64,000 bases of DNA from Candidatus Omnitrophota bacterium (lineage in GTDB: Bacteria; Omnitrophota; Gorgyraeia; Tantalellales; Tantalellaceae), in the NCBI GenBank assembly GCA_014728075.1, contig WJMG01000027.1, positions 696-64,695 on the forward strand, given 5' to 3'. Shown one piece after another: positions 39,306 to 48,275 of the stretch (position 1 is the first letter of the stretch; every line of letters begins with the position of its first letter). The notes under the pieces are model-generated. The model was not told the origin of the DNA. It searched no databases and saw only the letters and a list, made by a program, of their open reading frames with translations. Made by a program: the position numbers and the translations under genes.

Positions 39306-39430
39306 CTCGAGACCAGGGGCTAGAGGTTTCGTTGAGGTAGAGGCAGAGAAAAAGGATGCGGGATAAAATATATGTATTTGCTGTCGGCCTTCGGGAGGCT
39401 CGAGGCTGGAGGCAAATGGCTAAAGGTGCG
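39306..39430 (+). repeat. Dispersed modular intergenic element, copy 1
   Basis: Shares GAGGTTTCGTTGAGGT, AGAGAAAAA and GGATAAAATATATGT blocks with copies at 55970-56174 and 59306-59449. Confidence 0.85.
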
Positions 39431-39519
39431 TCACGCGCGAGGCGATGGGGCCGGGTACCGCCTTGTTCCCGTACCCGGTACAAACGCATAAGTCCGCGTT
39501 GCCTCTCCAGCCCGGAGAT

Positions 39520-39557
39520 AAAAAAACCCCGGTTCGGCGGACCGAACCGGGGTTTTT
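39520..39557. terminator. Intrinsic terminator of porin gene
   Basis: A7-CCCCGGTTCGG-cgga-CCGAACCGGGG-T5. Confidence 0.88.
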
Positions 39558-39577
39558 GTGGTTCACTTTAACGGAAC

Positions 39578-41038
39578 TTAGAAGCTGAGAGCAACGGTAC
39601 CTACGATATCTGTAGCGACATCATCGGTCCCATTGTTGTTCTCAAGAGCGTCACCCGGGAAGAACCATGCGGACAGAAGTCCGAAGGTAACATCCTCGGT
39701 GTAGTCCCATGTAAGAGAAAGATCGACCTCGTCACCGACATTCTTATCGGTGTTCTGGTTCGAATAATCCTCAGCGAGCCAGAAGTGACCATAGAGAGCC
39801 TCGAAAGTAAGGCTGTCGGTCGGCTCAAGGGTCAGCCTGCCGAGCACCTGGTGCTGGTTGGTGTGCGAAGGCGTGCTGGCGGTGGCTGTCCTGTAGAACA
39901 CATTCTGGAATTCCCTTATAGCGGTGTCGAACTTACCCCTGTACATGGAATCCCATCCGTTGTAATCGCCCGTGGTAACGGCGTTCCTGTTTCCGACATC
40001 TTCCTGACCGGAATAGAAGATGTACTCGGCGCTGACAACAGGCCTCCAGGCGAAATCGTCCTGCCAGTAGCGGCATTCCACCATGGCGTCGATCGCCCAG
40101 GCGCTTCTGTCGCGTTCGCTCTGCTGCCCGGCTATACCGAGGAAATCACCGGTCTGGTAAGCACCTTCAAGAGCTATGGTCCAGTCTTCGATCGGGTCGA
40201 AGCTGCCCCTGAGGCCGAAGGTGTGCACATCGTCGTTGTAAACATCGTTAACAGTGGAAGTGTTCATCACGGTGTTGGCAACGGTGGACGGGTTCCTGTC
40301 CTGCTTGAAGAACCAGTAAGCTTCGGCTTCTCCGTTGTAGTTGTCGAACACATAGCCTACATTCAGGCCCCACAGGTTGATGTCGTCGTCGGCCCTTCTC
40401 GCGTTCTCGCTTATCTTGGCGAAAACACCGTCGATGGTCCACGGATCGTAGTCGAGAGTCGCCCTTATGGCGTCAAAGGACTTGACCGCGGTGTACTCCA
40501 TCGGCCAGAAACCGCCGGAAGGATCCTGCATGTTGGCTCCGATGATGAAGCCTTTACCGAACCACAGGTCCTGGCGACCTATCCTGAGTGTGAGCGGAGA
40601 GTAAAGGAACTCTTTCAGCTCAACATAAGCGAGGTCCACGAGAACGCTGTAAGCGTCGGTCTGGCCCGGGGTAGCGCCCCTGGCGACAACGACATCGTTG
40701 ATGTCGTCGATCATGCCGAGCTCGCCCGCTGCCTGGCCGGTCTGGAGCCCGTCGCCCCACACCCTCTGGTTCACGAGACGGACAACACCGGATACATTAT
40801 CGGTGAGATCGGCGTCTATCTGAACCTCGGCGGTGCTGGTGAGGTAGCTCGCCCAGTTGTTGGTCTGGAGACCGGTGTTCGAGTTATCGGCGTCACTGGC
40901 GTCCAGATCGTAGTTGTTCCTGAGAAAACTGCGAAGAGTGATGTCTCCGCTTACCTTAACGCTCTGGGTTTCCGCGTAAGCTATGGCGGAAACGGCAAAT
41001 ACGAGCGCTATAACGCAAAGTACTTTCATTAATTTCAT
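39578..41038 (-). CDS. Outer membrane beta-barrel porin, alginate export family-like
   Basis: Signal peptide AYA-E, LAYVEL, LRIGRQ, FDAIRA, GDEVDL, C-terminal Phe; AGGAGG SD. Confidence 0.8.
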   Translation of the reverse strand: MKLMKVLCVIALVFAVSAIAYAETQSVKVSGDITLRSFLRNNYDLDASDADNSNTGLQTNNWASYLTSTAEVQIDADLTDNVSGVVRLVNQRVWGDGLQTGQAAGELGMIDDINDVVVARGATPGQTDAYSVLVDLAYVELKEFLYSPLTLRIGRQDLWFGKGFIIGANMQDPSGGFWPMEYTAVKSFDAIRATLDYDPWTIDGVFAKISENARRADDDINLWGLNVGYVFDNYNGEAEAYWFFKQDRNPSTVANTVMNTSTVNDVYNDDVHTFGLRGSFDPIEDWTIALEGAYQTGDFLGIAGQQSERDRSAWAIDAMVECRYWQDDFAWRPVVSAEYIFYSGQEDVGNRNAVTTGDYNGWDSMYRGKFDTAIREFQNVFYRTATASTPSHTNQHQVLGRLTLEPTDSLTFEALYGHFWLAEDYSNQNTDKNVGDEVDLSLTWDYTEDVTFGLLSAWFFPGDALENNNGTDDVATDIVGTVALSF

Positions 41039-41308
41039 TGCTTTACCTCCTTAAAAGGTATTAAGCGCCGGCCTTTCCGGCCGGCAATATCTCAAAAGAA
41101 CGGGATACTACCCGTCCTAGTTTTCGCTATATAAGTATCGCCCATTGTAGATTTGACAATCTCTGGCAGATAATAAGTTAACTTTTATTTCATCCCCCCT
41201 TTCTTTGCCGGATTCGAGATCGCCGCAGGCGGTACATGCTGGTTTTTTAAAAGAACTTTAAAGGTATATGTACTTATACAGAAAATCATGTATTTCTACA
41301 TTTGTGAA

Positions 41309-41336
41309 AGTATAGCACGATACAACGCCCAGTCAA
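41309..41336 (-). promoter_or_regulatory. sigma70 promoter of porin gene
   Basis: TTGACT-N16-TATACT with TG extension. Confidence 0.65.
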
Positions 41337-41408
41337 GATTAAAACAACAAATTCTTTTTTGTTAAAATAAAACAAAGTTAGATGTTTTCGCGCCTGTCAC
41401 ACGCCGTT

Positions 41409-42059
41409 CTACTTCCGGACACGAAAAACAATGGTTTCGGAGTTACGAAGGATGGCTTCTTTTATATCGGAGTTTTGTGTGAGGCTTCCCAGTGTTCTAT
41501 CGATAAGCTCGTGGCTCATCAGGTCGGCGGGTGAATGAGAATCGGTATTGAGCACCATCGGCGCTCCCGCCTCACTTGCGATATCAAAGACATGAGCGTT
41601 CCCGCGGCAATGCCCTTCGCGGGTGGTTATTTCCAGATATACCGTTTCTTCAGCGGCCAGAGCCGCCTCTTTCCGCGTTATATCCCCGGGATGGGCCAGT
41701 ATGTCAACGCCTGCCCTTATGGCTGCTTCATTAGTCCCGGGGACCACCGGTTCTACAGGAGACTCTCCGTGGCCTATGACTATCCCCGCCCCCCTGGCGC
41801 GGGCGTGCTTGACCATCTCGGGGTACACCTCGACGGGGACATGAGTGATCTCAACACCGGGAATGACGAATATATCCCAGTATCGGTTAAGGACCTCGGA
41901 AACCCGGGCCAGGGCTTCGATCGTAGCATCGATATTAGAATGGTCTACATGGTCGGTAAGAGCTATGGCCTTATATCCGGCGACTACAGCCCTCCTTACC
42001 AGTTCGGCGGGAAGAAGGCAACCGTCGCTCAATAAGGTATGTGTATGAAGGTCTATCAT
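41409..42059 (-). CDS. PHP domain protein (histidinol-phosphatase-like)
   Basis: DLHTHT..SDG, TDH, GVEITH, HGE, LAHPG, TDSH. Confidence 0.9.
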   Translation of the reverse strand: MIDLHTHTLLSDGCLLPAELVRRAVVAGYKAIALTDHVDHSNIDATIEALARVSEVLNRYWDIFVIPGVEITHVPVEVYPEMVKHARARGAGIVIGHGESPVEPVVPGTNEAAIRAGVDILAHPGDITRKEAALAAEETVYLEITTREGHCRGNAHVFDIASEAGAPMVLNTDSHSPADLMSHELIDRTLGSLTQNSDIKEAILRNSETIVFRVRK

Positions 42060-42293
42060 TGTACTCTCCCTTTGTATTCACCTGGAATAAAGCGGTATCA
42101 GGCTAGAGGCTATGATAAAACAGGCTTTAGACCGGTGCCTGTTGCCTCCGGCCTGAACTGAATTTTACCATGGAGATGCCCGGCGGGCAAGGCCCGCCAC
42201 CAGGTAAAGGCGCGAGAGGGATGACGCGACAACATCTTTTATCTCTGCCTGCACCTTCCGTTCTGTCGCCAGCGTACGGGAACACACCGGAGG

Positions 42294-42920
42294 CTATGCG
42301 CCGTTCGCCGCACCCTTTTTATTTCGGACCTCTTCAAGCCACCTGTTAAGCTCCACCGAGAACCTGGCGAGGTTAAGTTTTTCCGATAAAGAATAATTTC
42401 GTAATTTTTCCAGGAAAAGACGGTCCCTTTCTATAGCGGAATCGTTCACTATCTCTTCAAGGGGTTCGACGGCATTGAGCATATCATCCTTGCCTTCCCA
42501 CCCCGTATTCACCGGAAAACCCTCTTGGGCCAGAGGAGGATCCCATGTCCCGTCTATGAACAACCACTTACCGCCGATCTTCGCTTTAAGAGCAAGGTGG
42601 TAAGAAACAGGTATTTTCCCGGCATATCGCCTGACATCTTCCGGATAAGCCACATCAAGGTCTTTCCACAGGAACGGATAAGTGCAGTATCTGACCGGAA
42701 AGTCCATCCGTTCGAAGAACATACCCATAAGATAATGCTTGGGAACGCAAAATCCCCTGTTCAAAACAAGCATCTCCCGGGGGCCTTTTTCCAGTCTGAA
42801 CAGTTCCGGGATAACAGCGAAGGGTATGTCGCGCACCTTTTCGAATATGTTCACAGCGGCCTTAACGCTTGTCAGCCCTCTCTTCCATTCGTAAAATTTC
42901 TCGATCACAATATCGCTCAT
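42294..42920 (-). CDS. Transglutaminase-like hypothetical protein
   Basis: VRDIPF, GFCVPKH (Cys), YHLAL (His), IDGTWD (Asp). Confidence 0.6.
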   Translation of the reverse strand: MSDIVIEKFYEWKRGLTSVKAAVNIFEKVRDIPFAVIPELFRLEKGPREMLVLNRGFCVPKHYLMGMFFERMDFPVRYCTYPFLWKDLDVAYPEDVRRYAGKIPVSYHLALKAKIGGKWLFIDGTWDPPLAQEGFPVNTGWEGKDDMLNAVEPLEEIVNDSAIERDRLFLEKLRNYSLSEKLNLARFSVELNRWLEEVRNKKGAANGA

Positions 42921-42926
42921 GTTGAC

Positions 42927-44057
42927 TTATAGTTTACCTGACAACTTCAGAATATGCCATTTTAACGCTATTTTGAACGGGACTTCGCCCTCCACCATGA
43001 GGGCTTTGAGGTCTTTTTCGCCCGGAGCCTTTATAAGCGTCTCGACCCTGCCTATCCTGTAAGCAAGTTTTATAAGGTCCCTGGATATGATACCCGCCCG
43101 CATATGCTTCCCGAAAGCCCTTTTCCAGGAAAACTCGTATTTCTTCATGGCATGACCGTCGAACCTTCCTTCCTCCAGGGCCCGGAGCGCGGTCAGGGCC
43201 GCCAGCTGGCCGGCCTTAAGAGCGTAATAAATACCTTCTCCCGTTCCCGCGTATACCTGGCCTGCCGCGCTTCCGCACACCATTATCCCGGGCGCGTAAG
43301 TTCTCGCTATCGGCCCGCCGACCGGCACCGTCCCGGCATAGAAGCTTATTTCGCGGGCTCCGGCCGCGTATCTGTCGGATAGAGCGCGGAACCTTTCGGA
43401 GATGTCGGTTTTTTTCGCGAAAGAACCGTACCCTACATTAGCGAGTGTGGCGCTTTTAGGGAATATCCAGAAATAGCCTTCGTTCCTATCGTCGAAAACA
43501 TACTTGAACCTCGACTCGTCGAGGCCGTCAAATTCGTATATCCCCCCCACGCAAGGCGCGAGCAAAGGGGTATTTTTCACGAGCCCCAATTGTTTCTGTA
43601 ACCGAAAATCACACCCGTTGGCTATGATCGCTATCCTTGAGCGTTCGGTCCCTTTGTTCGTAGTGAGCCGGCAATGGCCCCCGGCGACCTCTATCCCTGC
43701 GCATTCGTTCTGCATCTCAACCTCTCCCGATACTTCTCTACAGAGCCATTTCTCGAACCCGGGCCGGTCAAGCTCTATAAAATCCGTACTCAGGTCCCTT
43801 TGAGTATCGCCGAAAATCACCCTGTGGCCGGATACCCGTTTACTAACGAAAGGAAAGTCAGCGGGCCCGAAAAGTTCAGTGAAACCGGATGCCCGGATGG
43901 CTTCACCGCAACGCAGGGGAAACCCGATCTCTTTTTTTCTGTCCAGAACGAGAAAACGGGCACCGCTTTTCTTTAATGTCCGGGCAGCCATCAACCCGGC
44001 AGGCCCGGCGCCTATGATAATGACATCGTACATAGCAGATTTAGTTTTAGGACCCAT
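42927..44057 (-). CDS. Geranylgeranyl reductase family FAD-dependent oxidoreductase
   Basis: GAGPAG, CGEAI, GYFWIFPK, NVG, GEGIYYA. Confidence 0.85.
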   Translation of the reverse strand: MGPKTKSAMYDVIIIGAGPAGLMAARTLKKSGARFLVLDRKKEIGFPLRCGEAIRASGFTELFGPADFPFVSKRVSGHRVIFGDTQRDLSTDFIELDRPGFEKWLCREVSGEVEMQNECAGIEVAGGHCRLTTNKGTERSRIAIIANGCDFRLQKQLGLVKNTPLLAPCVGGIYEFDGLDESRFKYVFDDRNEGYFWIFPKSATLANVGYGSFAKKTDISERFRALSDRYAAGAREISFYAGTVPVGGPIARTYAPGIMVCGSAAGQVYAGTGEGIYYALKAGQLAALTALRALEEGRFDGHAMKKYEFSWKRAFGKHMRAGIISRDLIKLAYRIGRVETLIKAPGEKDLKALMVEGEVPFKIALKWHILKLSGKL

Positions 44058-44131
44058 GATCCGATGTTCGCGTCAGCGTATCAGCCTGAAATACGGACCG
44101 CGTCCAAAGAGCTTTACGCCGCGCTTCCACT

Positions 44132-44416
44132 TTATCCCACAAGTTCCATCACCATTCTTTCGACGAGCGTGCTCCAGAAATGCATACCGCCGGTAAAGGA
44201 AAAAACCAATATAACGGCGACCAGGATAACTATTATCAGGACCAGCCCTACGCCCCTGATCGCTTTCTTCTCCTCAACGGCCTCTTGCCTGTCATTTCCC
44301 TCTCCGGCACAGGTTCTCTCGCATTCCTCCCTGCGTTCAAGCGGACTCCCGCAAAAAAGGCATACACCCCGGCTGTCATCGAATTCCCTCGCGCATTTAG
44401 CGCATTTTTTCGCCAT
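44132..44416 (-). CDS. Small zinc-ribbon membrane protein
   Basis: CAKC..CLFCG, C-terminal TM; GAGGAGG SD. Confidence 0.6.
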   Translation of the reverse strand: MAKKCAKCAREFDDSRGVCLFCGSPLERREECERTCAGEGNDRQEAVEEKKAIRGVGLVLIIVILVAVILVFSFTGGMHFWSTLVERMVMELVG

Positions 44417-44424
44417 ACCCCTCC

Positions 44425-45273
44425 TCAGATAAGCCCGTTTATGATACCGGCCATTATCAGGTCGTTCTCCGTAACCCCTCTCGAAGCGTGGGTAGTGAGC
44501 TTTATATCCACAAGCCCCCATCCGAGGGTCAGTGTAGGATGATGTCCTTCCTCTTCAGCTATCGCCGACAGGACATCCACGAAAAATTTGGCTTCGGAAA
44601 AATCATCGAAGGTGATCCGCTTCTCTATACTTTTGCCTTCAACGAGCTCCCATCCCGCATATTCCGGAAGCCTTTTCCTGACTTCCTCCTCTTCCAGAGC
44701 CGGTTCCCCGACCTCGCATGGCCTGCATTTGCCCGTATGCCCCTCCCTGTTTCGGGGGGAAGGGGACGAGAGCACCTCTTTTATTTTTTCAACGGCCGCT
44801 TCGTAATCCGGCGGGTCCGTTATCTCTTCCACCACCTGTATATACCGGATATTATTTTTATCGTCCAGTACGATCACAGAACGGGCCAACAGCCCCAGCT
44901 CTTTGATGAAGAGGCCGTAGTTAAAGCCGAAAGAAGATGTCCTGTGATCCGAAAGCACCCGGACACGCTCTATGCCGTTCATATCACAGAACCTTTTCTG
45001 GGCAAAGGGCAGGTCCATGCTCACTCCGGTAACCGTTACATCCGAAGAAAGCCCTGTTGCCCTTTTATTGAATTCTTTTACCTGAAGGTCACAAACGGGA
45101 GTATCGATCGACGGAAAAGAAGTGACCACTCTCACCTTCCCCCGGAGGTCTTTCAGTCCTTTCTCTTCCAGCCCGTCGTCAACGACCTTAAAATCCGGGG
45201 CGATATCACCTTCACTTAATTTTCGCCCCGCAAGGGTAAGCTGTTCTCCTTTAAAAGCGACTTTCCTTTCCAT
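44425..45273 (-). CDS. tpx: Thiol peroxidase Tpx fused to pterin-4a-carbinolamine dehydratase domain
   Basis: PSIDTPVCD, SMDLPFAQKRFC, LLARSV; C-terminal CRPC, EEEGHHP, TTH..GVTENDLIMA. Confidence 0.88.
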   Translation of the reverse strand: MERKVAFKGEQLTLAGRKLSEGDIAPDFKVVDDGLEEKGLKDLRGKVRVVTSFPSIDTPVCDLQVKEFNKRATGLSSDVTVTGVSMDLPFAQKRFCDMNGIERVRVLSDHRTSSFGFNYGLFIKELGLLARSVIVLDDKNNIRYIQVVEEITDPPDYEAAVEKIKEVLSSPSPRNREGHTGKCRPCEVGEPALEEEEVRKRLPEYAGWELVEGKSIEKRITFDDFSEAKFFVDVLSAIAEEEGHHPTLTLGWGLVDIKLTTHASRGVTENDLIMAGIINGLI

Positions 45274-45442
45274 GGTTCCTCCTTTTATCAAGAGCGCGGT
45301 TGATCGTTCGAAGTTCGCCGGGAATATAAGCGGACCGTGTCTTCCGGAAGCGGTCCCGTGTTATTCGGGCAGAACGGTAATTACGGGGTGGCCGGGTCCA
45401 CGGTTCCCCGTGAACACTGAACGCCGGACCGCAAAACATGAA

Positions 45443-46696
45443 CTACGGACTTTTTTCTTCATTCCAGATAAAGACCTTATCGTTCCTCCTCACCCTGAAA
45501 GGCACCTTGACCCCTACCGCGGTCCCCTGGGCAACCTCCCTCACCGGAGAGTGTTCTATCTCCATATCCTCCAGCGTAAAAAATCCCGCCGGCGTGGACC
45601 GTCCCGTTATCAGGATCTTCTGTCCCGCGTATAAGGGGGCCGCCTTCACGAGAATTTCGGCGACACTTATCTTTTTGTAGTATTTGACGACCTCCCCTAC
45701 ATATATCTTTTCGTACTTCTTACTGATCTCCCCCCCAAGGTCTTCCGGACGCCCTAAGTAGAACCCACTGGAAAATCCCCGGTTGAAAGCGCCCCTTAGT
45801 TTCTCGAAGATACCGTGCTTCAGCTTATCGTCAAGGCCGCCTCTGAAATAAGCGTCTATAGCTTCTTTATAAGCGGAAGTGACCACGGCGCAGTATTCCG
45901 GGGACCTCATCCTTCCCTCGATCTTAAAAGCGTCTACCCCCGCATCTATGAGCCTGTCGATGAACATTACCGTACAGAGGTCCCTCGGGCTCAATATATA
46001 GTCCTCTCCGAGCACATACTCACATTCGGGCCGTCCTTCTTCCGGGATATCCGTTATCCTGTATTTTCGCCTGCAGGGTTGCAGGCAATCTCCCCTGTTA
46101 GCTGACCTGTTAAAGGAAAGCTGAGAAAGAAAACACCTGCCGGAAATACTCACGCACATAGCCCCGTGGACAAAGACCTCTATCTCGCAATCTATGCCGG
46201 CTTTTCGTATTTTGCTCTTTATCGCGGCTATCTCAGAGAGACCGCACTCGCGGGCAAGAACGATCCTTTTAACTCCGGCCGAGGAATAGTATCTGACCGC
46301 TTCGAAATTGGAAACACTGGCCTGTGTCGAAAGGTGGACCTCCATGCCCAGTTCAAGGGCCATGGACATCGCGGCCATGTCCCATGCTATGACCCCGTTA
46401 ACTCCGGCCGAGGAAGCCGCTTCAAGCAGTCTTTTTATCTTACCGGTCTCACGGTCATATATAGTAATGTTCAGGGCAAGATAGCCTTTTTTCTTTCTGG
46501 CCCGGAGAAATTCCATCACTTTCCCCATCTCAAGCGCGTCGAAATTGGACGCAGAATGACGCATGTTCATACCCTTTACACCGAAATAAACGGCATCACA
46601 CCCCGCCTCGACCGAACTGGTCAGCGATGGCCAGTCCCCTGCGGGAGAAAGGAGCTCGGGCTTCTTTTTATAAACTGTATCTTTCTTTTTCCTCAT
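45443..46696 (-). CDS. U32 family protein (TrhP/RlhA-like Fe-S hydroxylation factor)
   Basis: PELLSPAG, HLSTQ, LARE, HGAMC.S.SGRC, NRG.C.QPCR, KIEGR. Confidence 0.92.
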   Translation of the reverse strand: MRKKKDTVYKKKPELLSPAGDWPSLTSSVEAGCDAVYFGVKGMNMRHSASNFDALEMGKVMEFLRARKKKGYLALNITIYDRETGKIKRLLEAASSAGVNGVIAWDMAAMSMALELGMEVHLSTQASVSNFEAVRYYSSAGVKRIVLARECGLSEIAAIKSKIRKAGIDCEIEVFVHGAMCVSISGRCFLSQLSFNRSANRGDCLQPCRRKYRITDIPEEGRPECEYVLGEDYILSPRDLCTVMFIDRLIDAGVDAFKIEGRMRSPEYCAVVTSAYKEAIDAYFRGGLDDKLKHGIFEKLRGAFNRGFSSGFYLGRPEDLGGEISKKYEKIYVGEVVKYYKKISVAEILVKAAPLYAGQKILITGRSTPAGFFTLEDMEIEHSPVREVAQGTAVGVKVPFRVRRNDKVFIWNEEKSP

Positions 46697-48275
46697 CTTC
46701 GCTGGTCCAGTGGAAAAGCACCTTTTTTTCCTTAACCGCTTTGTAAGCGATTATATAGGCGGCAGCGCTGATCCCCATGTTAGGCGTACCGTCAGGCCTT
46801 CCTTCGACGCTCGAAATGTCTATTTCGCGGAAATACCTCAGGCCCTGTCTGTCTTCGGCCAGCACGAGAGCGCAAAGGACCTCCTCGGCATCCGGCCCTA
46901 CAGCAGTTATCCTCAATTTGTCACCCTCCTTTAAGGAAAATTCCCTTACGGCCATCGGGTCGGTCATGAGCGATCTTTTCCATCCTTTCTGTATCTGGAC
47001 ATTGGACATCCGGCCGGAAACAAAATCCGCCGCCATTCTCGAAAAATAAATATCGAGTCCCGAGGGATGGTTCACCACGATATCCACAACGGATTTTTTA
47101 GCGGTCTGGTACTCATAAAAATGATAGCCTTTCCTGCGGTTGGCGTTAGCGGCCCGGATACCCTCGAGAAAATTCTCGGCCTCTTCGTCCTTACCCATTT
47201 TCACAAGCGCGGCAACATAGACTCCCGTGTACCAGGGCCAGCTGCCGCCGTTATGATAATGCCCGATATGTTCCTTGAACCTGTACTGATGGAGTTTTTT
47301 CGAACGGAAAGTATTCTCCTGGAAAAAAGGGTAATGGGCGGGCACCAGAGGGGCTATCTTCCCGGTGATCCGTCCGATAAAATCCACTATCTTCTGCGCC
47401 TGCCTGCGGGAAGCCACCCCGGTCAATAAAGAGAGACTGTTACCGAAAGCGTCGAAAATACCGTGTGACTCCCGGAAGCATTCTTCGGGGTCCTTGGACC
47501 TCACATAGAAAAAATGCATGAGATATCCGGCGGCCTCAAGGTCGATCTTTCTGCGCATGATCTCGTACACCCTGTCCTTCTTGGTATCGGAGTTCTTTAT
47601 CCAGAACTTGTTCCTTACGAGATTCTTGACCTTCCCGGCCTTATCGTAATAGAACTGGCTTTTTTTGTCTCCCACCACCTCAAGCATGTACGCGTATTTC
47701 CTCAGTGCCATGTACCAGAGGACCTCGTCGTAAAGCACGAATCCCTCCTGAAGGTATTCATCAGCCCAGTTGCCGGCGCGCGGGATATAAAGGAGTCCGC
47801 ACTTGGGGTCTTCCCAGACCTCTTCCAGATAACAAACGGCCTTCTCGATAGCGGGATAGAACCCCTCAAAAGCTTTCTGGTCCTTACTGAAAAGAAAATA
47901 CTGCACACATCCTATGATGAAAAGCGTATTAGGGTCTACCCGCGGATTAATGATCCCGTAACTGACCTTGCCGTCGTATGACACATTACTCGGCACGGCC
48001 CCGTCTTTTCTCTGGTTTCGTATAAGGGTCTCAAGACTGGTCCTGAACCCTTTTATAAGATCGTCCTCACCGGAAAGAAGCGCCGCCAGTCCCGCCCAGA
48101 CGGCATCCCTCGTGAACAGTCTTTTGTAGTTGTCTATGTCAACGGAGGAAGCGACAAAACCGAGCGGTGGTTTATCGGCGGGGGCGGAAAGTATCTTCCT
48201 GAGCAGGGAAACGGACTCTTCGTACCCAAGCCTGAATTTCACTTCCCGGCTGTTAAATGTTTCGGTGATCTGCAT
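46668..48275 (-). CDS. GH100/invertase-like (alpha/alpha)6 glycoside hydrolase with inserted HPr-like domain
   Basis: NY..LFTRD, VD...F, YHNGGSWP, FYEY, SAAAY; HPr-like segment at about 46857-47093. Confidence 0.75.
   Translation of the reverse strand: MQITETFNSREVKFRLGYEESVSLLRKILSAPADKPPLGFVASSVDIDNYKRLFTRDAVWAGLAALLSGEDDLIKGFRTSLETLIRNQRKDGAVPSNVSYDGKVSYGIINPRVDPNTLFIIGCVQYFLFSKDQKAFEGFYPAIEKAVCYLEEVWEDPKCGLLYIPRAGNWADEYLQEGFVLYDEVLWYMALRKYAYMLEVVGDKKSQFYYDKAGKVKNLVRNKFWIKNSDTKKDRVYEIMRRKIDLEAAGYLMHFFYVRSKDPEECFRESHGIFDAFGNSLSLLTGVASRRQAQKIVDFIGRITGKIAPLVPAHYPFFQENTFRSKKLHQYRFKEHIGHYHNGGSWPWYTGVYVAALVKMGKDEEAENFLEGIRAANANRRKGYHFYEYQTAKKSVVDIVVNHPSGLDIYFSRMAADFVSGRMSNVQIQKGWKRSLMTDPMAVREFSLKEGDKLRITAVGPDAEEVLCALVLAEDRQGLRYFREIDISSVEGRPDGTPNMGISAAAYIIAYKAVKEKKVLFHWTSEDEEKERYSL

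Noticed and set aside
39785-41032. 415-aa plus-strand ORF, and similar long antisense ORFs (7408-8445, 9107-9997, 15313-16212, 22373-23359, 24341-25258, 51931-52923)
   Set aside because: They are shadows of well-supported genes on the opposite strand and have no recognisable motifs.
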